A stretch of 64,000 nucleotides of DNA from an uncultured Rhodospirillaceae bacterium (GTDB lineage Bacteria; Pseudomonadota; Alphaproteobacteria; Rhodospirillales; UBA2165), in contig CAZNLR010000003.1 in assembly GCA_964574215.1 (NCBI GenBank), forward strand, positions 78,746 to 142,745, written 5' to 3'. Position numbers and translations under genes: made by a program. Shown here piece by piece: positions 18,837-27,054 of this stretch (the stretch's first letter is position 1; every line of letters begins with the position of its first letter). The notes under the pieces are model-generated. The model did not search any database, was not told the origin of the DNA, and worked only from the letters and a program-made list of their open reading frames with translations.

Positions 18837-18996
18837 CGCCTCTGTACGGTTTGATTGGGCGAGCGAATTAGAATCAAACGAATCTGTACAATTATAGGTA
18901 AAAAGAAGTATAGTTATATTTCTAAGCTTAGCATTCTGAGTACCAGCATTTAGGAATTTTGACACCGCTGCATTGCGGGCTCACCGGGTTTTCCAA

Positions 18997-20106
18997 ATGG
19001 GCAAGGTCCAGAGTATTTATCTTCATCAATTGGCCAAAGACAAATCGTCTGACGGCAAGAAGACCTTTGCCAAAACCATATCGGATACTTTTCTCAAACA
19101 CTATCCCAGCCTGACCAAACGCGAACGCGGCTTGATGTATGACATCCTGCAGCAAAGCATTCACCAGGCAGAAATGGAAATTCGCGTCCGGGTTAGTGAA
19201 AAACTGGCAACGTCGGAAGGCGTGCCGAGAAATCTCGCAAAAATCCTGGCCAATGACGAAATCGAAGTTGCCTTTCCAATTCTGTCGACCAGTGATGCCC
19301 TGTTGGACGACGATCTCATAGAGATCATTCACAAACGGTCCGTCGAACATCAACTTGCGGTCACCAAAAGGCCCGCCGTCAACGAAGCCGTGTCCGATGC
19401 CCTCGTCGAGAAAGGCAATGAGGACGTCATCGCCAGTTTGCTACTGAATCCTAATTCGAGGATATCCAGCACGACCGTCGAGTACCTCGTCGAGGAATCC
19501 AAGCGATTGACCAAACTTCAGAAACCCATATTGCGGCGCGAAGATCTGGACCCGGCTCTCGGCGAGCGTATGTTCGGGTGGGTATCATCGTCACTGCGCC
19601 AATATATTATGGATAATTACGAATTGGATCCGGACTACGTGAACAAGGTAATCGAAGATTCGGTGCTCGAGGAGATGGAGGCGAAATCCAAATCCGATTC
19701 CCGCGCCCACGGCGACCGGCTTACCGAAGAGATCGCCAGGGACGGTCCCCTCGATCCGGATATCATGGTGCGGGTGCTCCAGGATGGAGACGTGCGCCTG
19801 TTCATATCCATGTTCAAGAAATACACCGGCGTGTCCGATAATCTAATTTTACAAATGCTTAATGACCGGGACGCCACCGGCCTGGCCATCGCCTGCAAAG
19901 CGGCAAAACTGGGCAAGCCCGTATTCTCGTCTTTGTTCGCCTGCGGCTACAAGGCGCGGCAGCGGGGATCGAAGTTGCGCCGTCAGGATATCGGTAAAAT
20001 TCTCGGCCGATTTGACAAGATGTCCGAAGAGGCCGCAGAAAAGGTCGTGGGGAGTTGGCAGCAGAACGCCGGTTACCGTTCCGCCATCCGCGAACTGGAA
20101 ATCTAG
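18997..20106 (+). CDS. DUF2336 family protein
   Basis: The ORF opens at TTG 18973 and the first ATG is at 18997. An all-helical repeat pattern (NDEIEVAFPILSTSDALLDDDLIEII...VSDALVEKGNEDVIASLLLNP) resembles the alphaproteobacterial DUF2336 family. The assignment is from memory. Confidence 0.55.
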   Translation: MGKVQSIYLHQLAKDKSSDGKKTFAKTISDTFLKHYPSLTKRERGLMYDILQQSIHQAEMEIRVRVSEKLATSEGVPRNLAKILANDEIEVAFPILSTSDALLDDDLIEIIHKRSVEHQLAVTKRPAVNEAVSDALVEKGNEDVIASLLLNPNSRISSTTVEYLVEESKRLTKLQKPILRREDLDPALGERMFGWVSSSLRQYIMDNYELDPDYVNKVIEDSVLEEMEAKSKSDSRAHGDRLTEEIARDGPLDPDIMVRVLQDGDVRLFISMFKKYTGVSDNLILQMLNDRDATGLAIACKAAKLGKPVFSSLFACGYKARQRGSKLRRQDIGKILGRFDKMSEEAAEKVVGSWQQNAGYRSAIRELEI

Positions 20107-20128
20107 TTAAGTTTATATTATCCGGAAA

Positions 20129-20398
20129 CTACCAGACTTGCTGTTTGGGATTGTCTAGATCCCGCCGTCCTTTGGGCTGCCGCCGGCGTTCGGCGCCTTG
20201 GTGCTTGGCTTTGTTTTTGCGGCGGTCCGGACCACGCGGCACCATATCGAGGGCGGCGCGCATCTGGGCGTTTTCCTCATGCCAATCCCGATCCTCCAAT
20301 TTCCGCTTATTACTGCGCCGCAATTCGGCCCATTGGGGCTCTTTCTCTTCCCGGTCCCTGCTCTCTTCAAATTGCAGCTGATTCTGGCGGGATTTCAT
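20129..20398 (-). CDS. hypothetical small, highly charged protein
   Basis: 89-aa ORF rich in R/K/E. Several overlapping ORFs on both strands compete with it, and there is no clear RBS. This is a weak call. Confidence 0.3.
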   Translation of the reverse strand: MKSRQNQLQFEESRDREEKEPQWAELRRSNKRKLEDRDWHEENAQMRAALDMVPRGPDRRKNKAKHQGAERRRQPKGRRDLDNPKQQVW

Positions 20399-20545
20399 GG
20401 CGTCGGCAAAGCGCCTTCGTAACCTATCGTCATCAATGGGTTCATTTTTTCCCTCGCAGTAGTTTTGATACTACGTAATTTATAAAAGTTAGGGAATCCT
20501 TGATCTCAAACATTTTTTGTTTTTATGGAATGAATAAATCGCAAC

Positions 20546-20580
20546 ATAAAAACCCCCGCCAGTTGCCCGGCAGGGGTTTT
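20546..20580 (-). terminator. rho-independent terminator downstream of the M24 peptidase gene
   Basis: Minus-sense RNA: CCCCUGCC (loop GGGCAACU) GGCGGGGG followed by UUUUUAU. This is an 8-bp stem with one G-U pair. A second GC hairpin (CGCGCC/GGCGCG) lies at about 20590-20612. Confidence 0.65.
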
Positions 20581-20621
20581 TATGTGTTCGGTAACGCGCC
20601 GTCAGAGGCGCGCCGTAACTC

Positions 20622-21950
20622 TTAGTGATCCCTTCCGTCCAGGCTGGAGTGGTGGAAATCACCGGGGCGGTAGTCGCCGACGGCTTCTTCCATGTGTTCC
20701 ATCTTGGTGAAGATGACGGGACCGTCTTTTGAGACCAGCACGTTCTCTTCGAGACGGCAGGTCTGGGGCAAGCCCGGGTGACCGGCGAACGTCTCAATGG
20801 CAAAATACATGTTTTCCTTGATCTCGGCCGGATATTTGAGCGAGTAGGCCCGGCTCATCCACATGCCCTCATACAAGGTAATGCCGATGGAATGGGCGAA
20901 CTGCTGCAGGGTCACCGTGCCGTACTTGTCGTCGTCGTATTCCGGGAACTTGGAGACCACGTCGGCCGAGGTATTGCCCGGCTTGAGGTTTTCCAGACCG
21001 GCATAGAGCGAATCGTAGGTTTCCCGGTAGAGATCGATTTCCGCCTGGGTCATCTTGGCGGCGCACTTGATACACCGCACGAAGTCGATGTAGTAGCCGC
21101 CCGGCCCCACGGCGTTGATATCGATGATCAGCAGATCGCCCTGCTGAATCAGCTTGTCGGTGGCCCAGCGCCGGTAGGGGCTGGTGTTGCCGCCCGAGGC
21201 GACGATGATGTCGTAGATAATCTCGCAGCCGCGATCGAGCATGAATTTGTGCACTTCGGCTTCGATCTGACGTTCGGTGACGCCGGGCTTCAGCCATTCG
21301 TGTTTGATATGCCACATGGCGGCATCGCCGATGGAAGAGGCCTGCTTGAGAAGCTCGATCTCGTCCGGCGTTTTGACCACGCGGGCGCGGGAGAAAGCGG
21401 GCCAGCCGTTGACCACGTTGATGCCGGCTTTTTCAAAGGCGTGCAGCGCCGGCATATCGAAATTATCGACGCCGATCTTCTCTTTTTCGACGCCATTATC
21501 TTTCAGCACTTCGAGGATGGAAGCCACCATCTTGTCGGCCATTTCGCCGACGGCGCCTTCCGCCCATTGCCAGGTCATGGCGGGCCGGATGCGGTCCTTC
21601 ATCCAGGGCAAATCGATGATAGCGCATTGCAGATCCGAACCGGCGGTTTCGAACAATACCGGCTCGGCATTGCGGCACAGCACCGCATAGCGGATGTTAA
21701 TGTTGTATTTCCAGTTACCCTGGTAGGAACCAGTGATGTAACGGATGTTGGCGCCGGCGAAAACCACCAGGGCGCCGAGATCGTCAACTTCCATTTCGGC
21801 GCGGGCGCGGGCCAGGCGATCCGCCCGCAGGCGTTCGTGATCGACCCTGAGTTGCCAGTCGGCGCCGGTGGTGCTGTACAACCGCCGTGGGTTGGTATGA
21901 TGTTCCTCTTGCAGGAACGTGGTATCCATATCGTATCCGGTATATCCCAT
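20622..21950 (-). CDS. M24-family metallopeptidase (creatinase/Xaa-Pro peptidase-like)
   Basis: The start was chosen at the ATG at 21950 (MGYTGYDMD), 6 nt after AGAGGAG; the tracked ORF starts at a TTG 21 nt upstream. Pita-bread metal ligand contexts: LLIIDINAVGPGGYYIDFVRC (D, D), FAHSIG (H), FAIETF (E), RLEENVLV (E). Confidence 0.8.
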   Translation of the reverse strand: MGYTGYDMDTTFLQEEHHTNPRRLYSTTGADWQLRVDHERLRADRLARARAEMEVDDLGALVVFAGANIRYITGSYQGNWKYNINIRYAVLCRNAEPVLFETAGSDLQCAIIDLPWMKDRIRPAMTWQWAEGAVGEMADKMVASILEVLKDNGVEKEKIGVDNFDMPALHAFEKAGINVVNGWPAFSRARVVKTPDEIELLKQASSIGDAAMWHIKHEWLKPGVTERQIEAEVHKFMLDRGCEIIYDIIVASGGNTSPYRRWATDKLIQQGDLLIIDINAVGPGGYYIDFVRCIKCAAKMTQAEIDLYRETYDSLYAGLENLKPGNTSADVVSKFPEYDDDKYGTVTLQQFAHSIGITLYEGMWMSRAYSLKYPAEIKENMYFAIETFAGHPGLPQTCRLEENVLVSKDGPVIFTKMEHMEEAVGDYRPGDFHHSSLDGRDH

Positions 21951-22111
21951 TGGGAACTCCTCTATCTGCAATCTATTTTCTAGATTTGCGGTAAATATCG
22001 ACCCTGTAAGTCATGCGTTTTAGTCTTATAGAAGACTGTTTCTAGTTTAATCGGAATGGTGAATCAAGCGGCTCTCCCCTATTTTTTGCTCTTTCTTCAG
22101 TCGTTGGTGAT

Positions 22112-23110
22112 TTATTTTATGCTTACGGGCAATCCCGTACCAGCAGATTGGCAGATTGCCTCGAAAACGGCAATGTTTTGAATGCGTTCGTCATTAGTAA
22201 AGGGGTACTCCGCCCGCCCGCGGATGGCGTCCCCCCAGGCATTTAAATTGACCGCCACGGTATCGATATAGTCGTAAGTGGTCTTCTCGATGCTTCCTTC
22301 CTCGCGGCTGATAAACAGATCGGTCGGCCCTTCTTCCGACGGGTGGGAGTAGTCGCGGGCCTCCACCCAGGCTTTGGAACCGTAGACGCAAAAGCGCATA
22401 TAGAGCGGCGTCTCCATGACGCAGCCGAAGAAACCGGTGGCGCCGCTTTCGAACCTTACGGTGAAAGTCAGCACATCGCCGTTGGCGTTGGCGGGATTGC
22501 GGACGGCGGTTTGGGCGTAGACCTCCGAGACCGGGCCGAACGTGGTGAGATAGATATCGGTCTGGTGAATGCCCATGGCGGTCATGCCGGCGGCCGGCGA
22601 TTCCTCGAGCGAGACCCGCCAGTTGTCGGCCGGCAGGTTGGCCAATTTGTCGTGGCTGAAATTGGCCTCCACATGCATGATTTCACCCAGCTCGCCGGAC
22701 TGAACGAGGCGCTTGATTTCCACCATGGCCGGCTCGAAACGGCGTTCGTGGCCCAGCCCCAGGACCACTCCGGCCCGGTCACAGGCGGCGACGGCGCGCT
22801 CGGCGCTGGCCCGGGTTAACGCCAGGGGTTTTTCGCAGAAAACATGCTTGCCGGCCTCGGCAGCGGCGACCACTTGTTTCTCATGCTGGGAATGGGGAGT
22901 GGTTAGTATAACCGCCTCTATCGATTCATCCGCCAGGGCATCGGTCAGATCGGCGGATAGGATCAGATTGTTGGCGCCGGCGAAATCCCTGGCGGTGTCG
23001 GGAGCAATATCTATCGCTCTTTGAATCTCAAACTGGCTGCCGCTTGCACTCAGGGTTTCGACGATATGGCGGCCCCACCAGCCCAGCCCAACGATTGCCG
23101 TGTTGATCAT
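22112..23110 (-). CDS. Gfo/Idh/MocA-family NAD(P)-dependent oxidoreductase
   Basis: 332-aa ORF. N-terminal Rossmann motif INTAIVGLGWWGRH and the family block VFCEKPLALT. Confidence 0.85.
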   Translation of the reverse strand: MINTAIVGLGWWGRHIVETLSASGSQFEIQRAIDIAPDTARDFAGANNLILSADLTDALADESIEAVILTTPHSQHEKQVVAAAEAGKHVFCEKPLALTRASAERAVAACDRAGVVLGLGHERRFEPAMVEIKRLVQSGELGEIMHVEANFSHDKLANLPADNWRVSLEESPAAGMTAMGIHQTDIYLTTFGPVSEVYAQTAVRNPANANGDVLTFTVRFESGATGFFGCVMETPLYMRFCVYGSKAWVEARDYSHPSEEGPTDLFISREEGSIEKTTYDYIDTVAVNLNAWGDAIRGRAEYPFTNDERIQNIAVFEAICQSAGTGLPVSIK

Positions 23111-23191
23111 TTCTTATTCTTCCCGATTTGTTTTTGTTTATTCCCTTCTTTCTAGCTGCCGGACGGCAAAAGACAAGAACGGAAAAAAAAT

Positions 23192-23557
23192 ATGGAAACG
23201 TCGCAGGAAAACTGCCTCTGGGTCCGCCATACCAACTGTATGAAGAAAACCATCGAACAACCGGTCAAAATGCTGGGCCGCCTATTGGGCAACGGGAACG
23301 GAAGCTGGGCCGAAATTGCCGTACTCGTCTATAAGCCCCGTTTCCACGGGACGTTGGAAACCTGGTATTGCCGCATTCATGCGCCGTCACTTCTCGAAGA
23401 AGACACCTTTGTCATGGCGGATGATCCACCTGCGGCGGTCGCCAAAGCCGTCCGATTTGCCAGGCAACTGGCACCGGGATTGGCGGACATCTCCCAGTTG
23501 CCGGATTTTAAAGTATTCGATGCCGATTTCCCCCAAGGCTCCCTCGGTTACGAGTAA
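23192..23557 (+). CDS. hypothetical protein
   Basis: 121-aa ORF with alternative starts at 23240 and 23270. There is no RBS and no recognisable motif. This is a weak call. Confidence 0.3.
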   Translation: METSQENCLWVRHTNCMKKTIEQPVKMLGRLLGNGNGSWAEIAVLVYKPRFHGTLETWYCRIHAPSLLEEDTFVMADDPPAAVAKAVRFARQLAPGLADISQLPDFKVFDADFPQGSLGYE

Positions 23558-23635
23558 TAATTGGAATTATTTTAATCTTTACGCGGGCAAAGGTTTTTGG
23601 TTAGCTTGTCACTACAACCTAACAGGGAGGGCCAT

Positions 23636-24316
23636 ATGTCGAGCAGCACCGTCACCTACACCACCCGCAACAACGAAAAATTCACAGGATATCTCGCCAC
23701 CCCGGACAGCGACGGCCCGGCGCCGGGTCTCCTGATCATTACGGCGATTTTCGGTATCGACGAGGAAATGCAGGAAGCGGCGGATGCGTGGGCGGCGGAC
23801 GGCTATCTCGTCTCCATGCCGGATATTTTCTGGCGCACCATGCCGGGACCGACGGCGGACATGAAAAAGGCGTTTGAACGCTATAACGCTTTCGATCCGG
23901 TGCAGGGCATGCTGGACATCGAAGATTTGGTGACGGATTTACGATCACGGCCTCAATGCAACGGTAAAGTCGCCGTTTTGGGATATTGCTTTGGCGGGCG
24001 CTATGCCCACCTCAGCGCCGCCCGGCTGGGTGTCGACGCCGCTGCGGCCTACCACGGCACCATGATCGGCCAACATTTGGACGAAACGGAGAAGGTCCAA
24101 TGTCCGGTAAGTTTTCATTTCGGTGGCTCTGATCCGGTCGTGCCCATGGACGAAGTCGACGCAATCAAAAACGCCTACGCCGGCCACACCGATGCGGAAA
24201 TCGTGGTATATGACGGCGCCTCCCATAATTTCTCCCAACCGACCAAAGACGGCTATCAGGCCGAGGCCGCAAATGCCTCCCGTGAAGCCGTTTTACGTTG
24301 TTTCAACGCCATGTAG
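23636..24316 (+). CDS. dienelactone hydrolase family protein
   Basis: The start was moved to the ATG at 23636, after GGGAGGG. Nucleophile elbow VLGYCFGG (the Cys nucleophile typical of DLH), FHFGGSDP, and GASHNF (His). Confidence 0.8.
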   Translation: MSSSTVTYTTRNNEKFTGYLATPDSDGPAPGLLIITAIFGIDEEMQEAADAWAADGYLVSMPDIFWRTMPGPTADMKKAFERYNAFDPVQGMLDIEDLVTDLRSRPQCNGKVAVLGYCFGGRYAHLSAARLGVDAAAAYHGTMIGQHLDETEKVQCPVSFHFGGSDPVVPMDEVDAIKNAYAGHTDAEIVVYDGASHNFSQPTKDGYQAEAANASREAVLRCFNAM

Positions 24317-24423
24317 GAACAGCGCCATTACCCGTTCGATAAATGTAATTTGATTTCCTAATAAATTTTATTAATAATAGTTATCAATTACAGCATACAG
24401 CGTTACGGCCTGGAGCGCCCATA

Positions 24424-25137
24424 ATGTTCACTGATAAGATTGAACGAAAAGATTTCGACAAGATGCCCAAGGAGTTCAAGGAACTCCTCATCCGTCTTTT
24501 GGTTATTCAAACCGATAGCGAATTGGGCGGACCGGATCTCTATCTGGAAACATGGGTGCGTAAGGCGCCGACGTTGGAAGACCAGATGCTGCTGGCGAAA
24601 ACAGCCTATGAGGAAATCGATCATCACCGGCGTTTCGCTAAAATATTGGAGGATTTGGGCGTCGACACCAAAGAAATCACCCAACGCCGGCGGGAAGAAC
24701 GCCTCCTCGAGGCCTTTCGTGAGCCCCTGGATACCTGGGCGGATATGGGGGCATTCGGTTGCTTGATTGACCGGGTTGGCCAATACCATCTGGAAGATTT
24801 CAGTGACTGCTGTTACCTGCCGGTGGCCCGCATCATCCCGCGCATCCTGCAGGAAGAACGCATGCATATCCAGCACGGCGAACGCATTCTTAAAAATCTC
24901 TGTGAAACCGATGAAGGCAAAGCCGAAGCCCAGGCGGCGGTCAACAAGGTTTACCCGCGTGGTCTGGATATGTTCGGCAAATCCGATTCGAAACGTTCAG
25001 ACCAATTCCGGGAATGGAATATCAAGGGCCGCATCAATGCCGAAAGCCGTGCCGCCTATAAAGCGGCGGTCGACGCGGCGCTGCTGGATATCGGTCTCGA
25101 CCTGCCTGATCCTCTGAAAAACAGACACTATCTGTAA
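24424..25137 (+). CDS. ferritin-like di-iron protein of the phenylacetyl-CoA oxygenase (PaaA/PaaC-like) family
   Basis: 237-aa ORF. Two E-x-x-H motifs in helical context (AYEEIDHHRRFA and LQEERMHIQHG) plus partner acidic residues (QTDSELGG, YHLEDF). Confidence 0.6.
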   Translation: MFTDKIERKDFDKMPKEFKELLIRLLVIQTDSELGGPDLYLETWVRKAPTLEDQMLLAKTAYEEIDHHRRFAKILEDLGVDTKEITQRRREERLLEAFREPLDTWADMGAFGCLIDRVGQYHLEDFSDCCYLPVARIIPRILQEERMHIQHGERILKNLCETDEGKAEAQAAVNKVYPRGLDMFGKSDSKRSDQFREWNIKGRINAESRAAYKAAVDAALLDIGLDLPDPLKNRHYL

Positions 25138-25204
25138 CTCCTCCACCCGCGCCCCTTGCATCCATTCATGCGGTAACGGAATATGAGCCCAAAAGGAGGC
25201 TTTT

Positions 25205-25993
25205 ATGACCTATGACTTTATCGCCATCGACCGGCACGACCAGATTGCCGTCATCCGCCTCAACCGCCCGGACAACCTCAATGCCTGGAACGTTCAGATG
25301 CGCCAGGAACTAAAAGACGCCGTGCAGACCATGGTCGAGGATGACGACCTCAGGGTTCTGATCCTGACCGGTACGGGCCGCGCCTTTTCGGCCGGCGAAG
25401 ACGTCAAGGGCATGGGCGATCTCAGCGCCATCGGTCCCAAAGCCTTCCGCCGGCGGGTACGTCTGATCCACGGCGTGTTCGACGAATTGGAGCAGATGGA
25501 GATACCGGTGATCGCCGCCATTAACGGCGTGGCCGCCGGTGGCGGCATGGAACTGGCGCTGTCCTGCGATTTCCGCTTCGCCGCCGAAAGCGCCCGGCTG
25601 GGCCTGCCCGAGGGCAATGTGGGGCTGATACCGGGGTCGGGCGGCATATCGAGATTGGTAAAGCTGATCGGTCCGTCCAAGGCCAAACGGCTGGTGATGA
25701 CCGGCGAGATAATTCCGGCATCGAAGGCCTTGGAATTGGGCCTGGTGGACGAAGTTCATCCTGATGACGGATTGTTGGACGCCTGCCTCGACTTCGCCGA
25801 TCTGCTGGCCGCCAAAGCCCCGCTGGCGCTCGGCACCGCCAAACTGGTGATCAATCAATGTGTCAACGTGGACACGGAAACCGGCCGCAACCTGGAACGC
25901 CTCGGCCAGAGCACTCTTAAACTCACGGACGACCACAAGGAAGGCGCTCAGTCATTCGTTGAAAAGCGGAAGCCGGAATTTAAAGGGCGGTAA
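25205..25993 (+). CDS. enoyl-CoA hydratase/isomerase (crotonase) family protein
   Basis: 262-aa ORF. Oxyanion-hole and catalytic blocks: TGTGRAFSAGEDV, IAAINGVAAGGGMELALSCDFR, GLPEGNVGLIPGSGG. Confidence 0.85.
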   Translation: MTYDFIAIDRHDQIAVIRLNRPDNLNAWNVQMRQELKDAVQTMVEDDDLRVLILTGTGRAFSAGEDVKGMGDLSAIGPKAFRRRVRLIHGVFDELEQMEIPVIAAINGVAAGGGMELALSCDFRFAAESARLGLPEGNVGLIPGSGGISRLVKLIGPSKAKRLVMTGEIIPASKALELGLVDEVHPDDGLLDACLDFADLLAAKAPLALGTAKLVINQCVNVDTETGRNLERLGQSTLKLTDDHKEGAQSFVEKRKPEFKGR

Positions 25994-26008
25994 GGTAGGG
26001 ACGCTAAA

Positions 26009-26827
26009 TCAAGCCGCCCGGTGACGCCACCAGAATTTTTCATTGATGGAATAGACCGGCTGGTAGTGGCGGATTTTACGGCTGTCGGCGACGATCTTGA
26101 TCTGGTTGTCGAGGATCAGAATACGGCCTTTTTCATAATAGGCGAGAATGGCGTGACCCACCTTGAGATTTAAATCCTTAACCGCGACGATGCGCAAATT
26201 CTCTGATTTAATGCCGAGATATTTGAGCGCCATATATTTGGCGATGGAATAATCCTCGCAATCGCCAAACCGGGACATGAATTCGCCGGGGGAGGCCCAA
26301 TAGTCCTTTTTTCCCCAGTTTTTGTTGTCTTGGATGTATTTGGACTTATTCATAAATTTGTTGACCGCCTTCACCTGGGTCAAGCGATCTTTGCCCTTGA
26401 GGCTGTCGAGGAACGTCACCCATTTACTGAAGCGTTTTTTGAAGGATGCCATATTGGCCTGTTCTTTGGACATCCGTTCCAGGACCCCGCGCCATTTTTT
26501 AAAGGCTTTAAATTTTGTCGACCGTTTTTCCTTGGTGCCGAAGAGAAGTTCATTCTTATTGTGCCCACCCAATTCCTTGGCGGTCCTGACTGCAGAGGCC
26601 GTCACTGCTTTGCCGCCGCCCCTGGACCGCCGCTTGCTCGAGGACTTGCGGCGGCGTTTTTTGCGGACTTGGATGATATTGGGATTGCCGGTGGTGAGTT
26701 CGGCATTGATGGCGAACATCATGGCGACGGGCCCCGCGGCCACGTCAGGCGAGCCGGTGGCAACCACACCCCCGGCGATGCCCGCACAAAGGGGTAAGAC
26801 CAACAGGCTTTTAGGAATCTTCTTCAA
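26009..26827 (-). CDS. periplasmic transglutaminase-like cysteine protease (BTLCP; LapG family)
   Basis: 272-aa ORF with a TTG start. It has a signal-peptide-like N-terminus and an unusual K/R/S-rich stretch (RKKRRRKSSSKRRSRGGGK). The core is DYWASPGEFMSRFGDCEDYSIAKYMALKYLG...VGHAILAYY...ILILDN...YQPVYSINEKFWW, a Cys-His-Asp arrangement typical of LapG-type proteases. Confidence 0.8.
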   Translation of the reverse strand: MKKIPKSLLVLPLCAGIAGGVVATGSPDVAAGPVAMMFAINAELTTGNPNIIQVRKKRRRKSSSKRRSRGGGKAVTASAVRTAKELGGHNKNELLFGTKEKRSTKFKAFKKWRGVLERMSKEQANMASFKKRFSKWVTFLDSLKGKDRLTQVKAVNKFMNKSKYIQDNKNWGKKDYWASPGEFMSRFGDCEDYSIAKYMALKYLGIKSENLRIVAVKDLNLKVGHAILAYYEKGRILILDNQIKIVADSRKIRHYQPVYSINEKFWWRHRAA

Positions 26828-27054
26828 ATCACCATATTCCGAAATTCAAACTACCGTTTAATGTAGTCGGCGCGCCCAAAGGGCTCAACCGGCTATCACC
26901 ATCTATTGAATAGTAGCACCTATTGGCTCGCGTAGATGTGACAAAAATCACTTAAAATACGACAACGCCACTTCTAAAAACCTCATATTTAAAGTAACTT
27001 AGATCAATACGTTTTGTTCCATATTTTCGATGGAAGCCTGTAGGGGAGAATTCG

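Noticed and set aside
20778-21983. 401-aa plus-strand ORF antisense to the M24 peptidase gene
   Set aside because: The opposite strand encodes a protein with the five M24 metal-ligand contexts. The antisense product has no motif and a skewed G/A/D/V/H composition.
22040-22056. Hairpin AGTCTT-ATAG-AAGACT downstream of the Gfo/Idh/MocA gene, considered as a possible terminator
   Set aside because: The stem is only 6 bp and AT-rich, and no U-run follows on the relevant (minus) strand.
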